Below, piece after piece: positions 57,187 to 64,000 of a stretch of 64,000 nucleotides of DNA. Both the position numbers and the translations under genes were made by a program. The notes beneath the pieces are model-generated. The model did no database searches. It had not been told where the DNA came from and saw only the letters and a program-made list of their open reading frames with translations. This DNA comes from Cyanophora paradoxa CCMP329. Lineage: Eukaryota > Plantae > Glaucophyta. Location of the stretch: contig QPMI01000143.1 in assembly GCA_004431415.1 (NCBI GenBank), positions 179,045-243,044 on the forward strand, written 5' to 3'. The stretch's first letter is position 1; every line of letters starts with the position of its first letter.

Positions 57187-57210
57187 TTTTAAAAGGGGGC
57201 TTATATAAAA

Positions 57211-60200
57211 ATGTCCTACATCTTGAAGAAGCCAGTGCCACTTCGTAGATCTCCAGATTTCGTTGATGATCGACTCATAAATATTCGCGTTTTCGGAAGC
57301 ATCTTGGCAGACTTCAATGCTGATCGTGACATCCACAGGACCGAGTTTAGTCGACCAGCTGCATTAATTCTGCGGAACTCCCACGTTGGTGCCCGGATAT
57401 TGCACAGAGATTCTGTCTTGGTCCCACTGAGAACTTTGTTGCTGAAATTATTGGGTCCAGGGCGTTGCCACGACACCTTCGCATTGCCTCCTCAGGCACA
57501 GTCTCCAAGTATGATTCCGGTAGATTGATATTTAGGCTACAAAATGATAGAGGGGTCCACACATCAGCTCTACGTCTAATTGATGAATCAAATGATGTCG
57601 CAAACAAAACTGCAGCTCACATCACTGGGCGAATTCTCCTTGGCGAAGATGCTGCAATATCAGTGCTTGCATCACAAATTCAGCCGTTCCCCTGGGATTT
57701 ACTATATACCGATGCACGAGAAGCAAATCTTCTTTTCGGGTTTGATGTAAATCAAATCGATACCGAGCCAGCCACCAGGTTCGATATTCCTGGATGCACC
57801 TTCGGCTCTATCTTGATTGAGGCTGACAGGCACCTGCTCCCGGCATTGCATGATAGATATGACCTAGGGCTTCGCACCAGGCAGTGGAGAAATATTCATG
57901 GAACTAATATTTATCAGGATGGTAAGAAGGTTAGCACCGAAGAGCAGGTTATCAACATTTTCAACTACTACTTCGGACCTATTGTCCCTATACCACCTCT
58001 TCCAGGGTTACCAAAGCCGCCAATCCCGGATGGACCTGGTCGAGAGCGAGTTGCTGATGAGACAGTTCCTTTTGGTCAACATATTGTCAGTTGGGAGCAA
58101 GTTCGCAATAAACCTATCTTCGAACCGAAAAAACAAATAGATGAACAGTATTTACCTCCTGAAATCGATATATTAGAGCTTGATGATTACCAATTTGTCC
58201 CAGATGAGGAAGAGTATTTACCTGACGGTTTCGACCCGCAAGAGTATGAGTATGATCAATACGACCCAAATGAGGAAGAGTATTTACCCGATGGTTTAGA
58301 TCCACAAGAGTATGAGTATGAACAGAATTATGAACCCCATGAGGAATATTTAGCAGATGGTCTCGAACCACCAGTTGTGGATTATGAGCAACCTTATGAA
58401 CCCATGAGGAGTTTTTACCAGATGGTTTACAACCGGAGCTTTTTGAGTTCTTTCCAGATTGGGAACAGATCAACAACAAACCAGCGAGATATCCACCAGA
58501 GGATCACAACCATGATTGGGATGAGATCTTGGGTAAACCTGAGAAATATCCACCTGAAGATCACAGCATGATTGGGGCGATATCGATGGAATTCCACCTG
58601 AGTTTCCGCCAGAAGACCATTTACATATTTGGAGCGAAATACGAGAGCAGCCCACTTTTGCATCAGCAGGAAATGTATTATTAGGAGATATTAACAATGG
58701 TGTGAGTCTCTACCAAAATATAAACACACCAGAAAGATTACAATTAAACGATTATTATGTGAATCGTCAGGGAATCGATGCAGGCACCACAATGGACGGT
58801 GAATTGTATATTAGACCACCCACAAGGATGTAATATTACCACTTGGTGGTGGAATTGAAATTAAAAATACAAAACCAGGAATCTACTTAACAAACTACTA
58901 CCCGATGATGTCCGATGACAGCAGGATTTATTTCTCTACCATCTGATCCAGCAAACTATGATAACAAAGATGCAACAATACAAATTAATGTGACTAATGT
59001 AAGCGATTTAGACGGATCAAGACCAAAATTAATATTTAGCCGTGAGCAACTCGCAGCAGAAACACTTTTAGGAGATCGCGATGATTATAAACAATGTGAG
59101 GTAGCATGGATTAAAACAAATTATAATGGTGGAGTTCCTGAGGGTCTTTTAGAAATCAATCAGAGAGCCTCAGCGAAAAACATTCATAACGAAAATATTT
59201 CAAGAGTCGTAACAGAAGATTATTTTAGATGGGATAATATCCCTGACGCACCCGAAAAATTCCCACCCTCAGACCATGAACATGTTAAGCAGATATTACG
59301 GATTTTGCACATACTCATGTCAAAGCCGATATTACGGATTTTGACCATACTCACACAAAAGCGCAAATCACAGATTTTGCCCACACTCACACAAAAGATC
59401 AAATAACAGATTTTGACCATACTCACACAAAAGCGCAAATAACAGATTTCGCACATGAACACGTCAAAGCCGATATTACAGATTTTGCCCATACTCACAC
59501 AAAAGACCAAATAACAGATTTCGCACACAAACATGTCAAAGCAGATATTACGGATTTTGCACATGAACACGTCAAAGCAGATATTACAGATTTCGCCCAT
59601 AGGCACAATTGGGACGAAATAGATCAACAGCCAGTTTTTGCACAATTGAATGCAATCGGAAACGTTTTAATGGAGTCACACTTTACCAATCGATTAATAT
59701 ACCTGAAAGGCTATTTTTGAATGATCATTATGTTAGTCTCAATGGGTCGTTTACAGGTCAAGAAGGCACACCGATGGTTGGAACTCTTGCAGTAAGATTA
59801 CCGAGGGATTCTATCGTGAATACAATTTACGATGGCGATTTTAATGTAGGAATTAATGATACTTTCCCCAGTATCTATGTTACAAATTATCACCCGGGTG
59901 AAACAGGACAAGTAGCCGATTTTTCAGCAGCTATTCAAATTAACGTTACAGATCAAAGCGCATATGATGGAGCAAGACCTAAAATTGTGTTCACAAGAGA
60001 GAAAGTTGTAAACTACCTTCCTGTTGTGGACAACCCACAGACGATCACGGAAAATGTGAGATGGCATGGATTAAAACGACAACAGGTGGTGCCTTAGAAG
60101 TCAATCAGAGAATGGCGGCGAAAAACTTACACAATACCACCCTTTCCGGTGTTGTTACAGATGATTATTTAGAAAACAAAGATTATGTTACAAATACAGA

Positions 60201-62708
60201 ATTACAATTAGCTGTTACAGATTTTGTTACAGATACCGATTTAACGGCGGCACTTGCTAATTATCTACCTCTAACAGGTGGAACTGTAACAGGAACTGTG
60301 AATGCTACCACTTTACAAATTGGCGGAACCACAATACCAAAAGGTTACGATTTCGACCAATTAGATGTGGTTTCATCAGATAGAAGCGCAAATAATTGGA
60401 ATTTGAATTGGGTCGCAAGAACAGGACAAACAGGATGTTACACAACACCACATAAATGATGAAGATTGCAGTGGTTGTTGGATGAGGTGGACAGTTCCAG
60501 AAGGTATGAAATCGTTTTACATTCAGCATATGCCGTGGGCGAATTGTCGATATTATGATATCTACGGGCAAACAGCCAATAATTACCAGCATTTCTTAAA
60601 ACGTATAAATGCATATCAGGGAATCCAGGCAGTTAATCAAGATGGACACATAATACTGTTTTGTTTGCCTCAATCAATTGTGAGTTTTACACAAAGATAT
60701 ACATTCAAGGTCGAAAAGGTCGCATTCATCTTACGGGGGTTTTCGGTTGGAGTAGACAGAGAGCAACCGACAATGAATTGGGCATGATCTCTTGGGATAA
60801 TATATTTAGCAAACCATCATTTTACTCAGCCGCAGACCTTCCAGCAACAGCAAAATGGACAGTGGACAATTGGTTAAAATCAACAGACAATATAGAAAGA
60901 TTTTGGTTTGGAAATGGTAATACGACATATATTCGTGGTTATGGAAACTCTGATAATGTTTGTGTGGAGTTTCGCAATGGCTCCGATTTAGCATTATTAA
61001 AATCATATAATAATGGTAATTTATGGGTAGGAGGAACTTTAAATGTTACTACAAGTGTAAGCGCACCATCAATTACAGGAACTACTATAAATGCAACAAC
61101 CATAGATGTTGCAACATTAAAAAGAAATGGTTATGACGTTCCAAAATGTTACGCTTTTGATGACACAGTAGCAGGTGGCGCTTATCAGTTATTGAGTGGA
61201 ACTTGGATAACCGGTGGTGGGTGGTATTGGGATCCAGGATATAATTATGGAAGTTATGCACACAACAGTGAATACGATGATATAGCAGCTCCTACAACTA
61301 CTTGGATTCAGTATACAATACCCACAGCATTGGTTAATGGGACAGCATTCCTTACACATTTACCGTGGACCAATGGTCGTTATTTTGAGATTTGGGGAGT
61401 CCGTAGTAATGGAGCAATTGTATTTATTACGAGAGTTAATAACTATCAGCCACATGACGGCAGTAGCGACGGTTACCACAATGGAGTTAATAATGTCCCA
61501 ATCTTCCTTGCCGGTCGATTTACTCACATTCGTATTTATCCAAAAGTCGGAAGAGTTCACATTATGGGAATTGGTTTTACACACGATCGCGCACATAGTA
61601 GTTCTTATGGTGGTTCAACCGGTTTTATTCATTGGAATAATGTTTATAGTAAACCTACTATTCCTACATCCTATCTGTCGTTAACAGATGTCACTAATTC
61701 AATCGGAAACATTACCAGTTTTGATGTGGTTTCAGGATGGAATAGTGCAACTGTTTATTTTGTAGGATCGTGGTCGACAGGTTGGAAACCTACAACAGAC
61801 AATCCAGTAGAAGGATTTTATAGCACCATTACTGATGATCAAACCAGCAGTGACTACATGCAAATGGAAGTTCCCAGTGGAATGCGAACATGTCATGTCC
61901 AATATTTCTGTTGGACAAATTGCAGATATTTCGATATTGGAGGTTATCGAAACAATAGATGGAATCACATAATGCGAGTAAATACCTATCAGAATGCAGG
62001 AAATACCTATGCTGATTCACTGTGGCATGAAGGTTTAATATGGACTTCCTTCTTTTGTGAGAATTTCACACATATTCGATTTGTTGCAAGAAAGGGAAGA
62101 TGTCACATTGGAATGATTGGATGGACAAAAGAAAAAGGAAGAACAGCACCAGCAAATGGGATGATTTCATGGAGATAACGTTTTTAGTAAACCAAATTGC
62201 GCAACTTGGCCGTTGATACTTGGATTACTTCAAGTGAAGGTAATGGGAGAGTTTATTTTGGTTCATCAACTACATACATTAAAGGTTATGGTTACGAAAT
62301 GATCCATTTAGAAATGGAGTTGATATAACAATGCAAGCTTTTATAATGATGGTAACGCTTACTTTTGGGGATGGCTTACACAAGGAAGTGATAGAAGATA
62401 CAAAACCGACATTAAAAATATAACCGGCGCCCTTTCAGCAATCGAGAAATTACAGGGTGTGAGTTATAAAAAGATTGGTGATGGAAAAACAAAAAGTTAA
62501 TTTAGGTCTGATTGCGCAAGATGTCGAAAAAGTCATACCAGAAGTAGTAGGTAAAAATCACGAAAACTATCTAACCCTTGCATACACAGGTTTAATTCCA
62601 GTTCTCATAGAAGCCGTTAAAGAATTATCTAAGAAATGCAAAGATTTAACACAAACATGTGAAAATCTCCAAAGTCAAATAGACCAATGGCGCAGTCAGG
62701 CTGCTTAA
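57211..62708 (+). CDS. Phage-style tail-fibre protein with C-terminal peptidase S74 intramolecular chaperone (multiple frameshifts)
   Basis: HxHxWxxIxxKP and HTHTKAQITDF repeats, YLPLTGGTVTG, duplicated modules, and SDRRYKTDI..GLIAQDVEKVIPEVV..Y..LIPVLIEAVKEL. Confidence 0.8.
58200..58440 (+). repeat. Acidic coding tandem repeat (EEYLPDGxDPQEYEYxQ-like, ~4 units of ~63-66 bp)
   Basis: Recurrent GAGTATTTACCxGAyGGTTT units. Confidence 0.85.
59275..59597 (+). repeat. Nine 36-bp coding repeats (HxHxKxxITDFx), phage-tail-repeat-like
   Basis: Counted directly; unit 1 lacks one A. Confidence 0.9.
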
Positions 62709-62739
62709 CTGCCGTAATAAAAATGTCACAGTATAATAA

Positions 62740-63060
62740 ATGGCGACGTATCCACTTGGTGGAACTCCTTCTACTTCTTCTGAGCCTGTCGCTCTTGCTT
62801 TCGATACTATCAAACTTGTAGCCGCACTACAAACTGTCGAAAAAACAATACAACAAACTAACAAACTGTCACCGGTTGTTCATGAATATAAAAACCTCTT
62901 GGTTAATGTCCTTGCGCAATCGGCTTATGGTGATCCTGTTGCTAAATACTCTGAGTGCGATAGCAATATCAAAGCAATGACAGCCAATATTCAAGCTCTT
63001 TCTGTTGCTTACAAGCCCTTGGAGCGAGCCCTTGGAGCGAATCTAATCACTTTGGCTTGA
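62740..63060 (+). CDS. Viral hypothetical protein
   Basis: 106-aa ORF preceded by TATAATAA. Confidence 0.65.
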   Translation: MATYPLGGTPSTSSEPVALAFDTIKLVAALQTVEKTIQQTNKLSPVVHEYKNLLVNVLAQSAYGDPVAKYSECDSNIKAMTANIQALSVAYKPLERALGANLITLA

Positions 63061-63116
63061 TGGTAGTTTGGCTTGTCTGCCGACTTTTTTTTCTTTCCTT
63101 CTTAGTAAAATAAGCA

Positions 63117-63971
63117 ATGGGCGAATATAATCGGGTTCAGTTACCTATCTATTCACTTGGATCCCCTGCAAATCATTTTCGCCAACACGAAGTCAATGAT
63201 GAGGTTCGCGGTCTGGAATCCACTGAACGACCTAATTCTAACGGAAATGCTTTCGATAAAAATTCGATGATTCGAGTTAAAGAACTTCGAGCTGACAAGA
63301 ACTCAGGTGTAGTTAAAACCACTCGACTACTCGTAAGCAATGCAAATTTCTTCCAGCCAATAAATGGAGGCCCTGATGCTTACAGTGTTGATCTGAAAGC
63401 CCTCGATTTCGACAAGAATTCTGCTGCTGCTACAATTCGTTCAGGTGGAGCTTTTATTGGCGGTGGATGTCGTGTATCCGGTCCACTCTCTTCTTCTGTT
63501 TCGTTCAATGATGTTCCTGACACTCTTGAACAAAATGTTGAAAATCCACAACGAATTCGGTTCTATACACCTGTTGCACAGCAACCTTTTCTTCACTTCT
63601 ATGTTGCATCATCTGTCTCTCTTGAAAATTCAGAGTTGGTTTCCATTACAGGAACTGATCGTGTGAGAAGGAATATTCCTCTTCCCACAGCAATGCTTTC
63701 GATGTGCAGAGCAAACAACAATCAACCAGGTCACAATTACCTATTCTTTGTTCAAGCATCAAATCATTTCGGTCGGGGATATTGTGTATATAACAATTTG
63801 ACATTTACTTATGATTTGTTTGTCACTGAGGTAGGAGTTTACAATACTATGATTATGGGACTGAGAACAGATATAGCAGCTGTTTCGGCACTTCGTGGTG
63901 TGAATATTGCTGATATCTTTACAACCGGATTTTACCAGGAGCCAGATGTTATTGACGATCCTACTCCGTAA
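63117..63971 (+). CDS. Viral hypothetical protein, possibly structural
   Basis: 284-aa beta-rich ORF with an AT-rich leader. Confidence 0.65.
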   Translation: MGEYNRVQLPIYSLGSPANHFRQHEVNDEVRGLESTERPNSNGNAFDKNSMIRVKELRADKNSGVVKTTRLLVSNANFFQPINGGPDAYSVDLKALDFDKNSAAATIRSGGAFIGGGCRVSGPLSSSVSFNDVPDTLEQNVENPQRIRFYTPVAQQPFLHFYVASSVSLENSELVSITGTDRVRRNIPLPTAMLSMCRANNNQPGHNYLFFVQASNHFGRGYCVYNNLTFTYDLFVTEVGVYNTMIMGLRTDIAAVSALRGVNIADIFTTGFYQEPDVIDDPTP

Positions 63972-64000
63972 AATTTAGATGCAGGAATGGCTTATCATCT

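Larger units (their letters stand above)
44200..64000. mobile_element. Endogenous Polinton/Maverick-like virus (left boundary approximate; right end beyond window)
   Basis: Abrupt switch to lower GC and dense intron-free ORFs encoding pPolB, rve integrase, packaging ATPase, MCP, two mCPs and a fibre. Confidence 0.95.

Noticed and set aside
59275-59597. 36-bp periodic array as CRISPR
   Set aside because: Contiguous coding repeats with no spacers.

Overview
Eukaryotic genomic window with two compartments. Positions ~1-43.9 kb are a GC-rich protist/algal-type host chromosome with many short introns and frequent GC-AG splice sites. This part carries a duplicated membrane-protein locus, an SP-RING/AT-hook/SRA protein, a secreted-type methyltransferase, a RING-PCMT-Yippee fusion, syntaxin-6, a BcsA-like GT2, CCT5, ARL5, KDSR, TFIIS, hypothetical genes, a TSD-flanked retro-insertion and two MITEs. 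From ~44.2 kb to the window end lies an AT-richer, intron-free endogenous Polinton/Maverick-like virus: protein-primed PolB, rve integrase, A32-type packaging ATPase, double-jelly-roll MCP, two penton paralogues, a patatin lipase and a ~5.5 kb phage-style tail fibre with an S74 chaperone. Its right end is outside the window. The most unusual host signal is that non-coding DNA is saturated with overlapping short palindromes; comparing duplicated copies shows repeated micro-indels of the form X versus X-revcomp(X)-X. All calls are by-eye motif recognition with no searches run. Exon boundaries are approximate, and several frameshifts look like homopolymer assembly errors.
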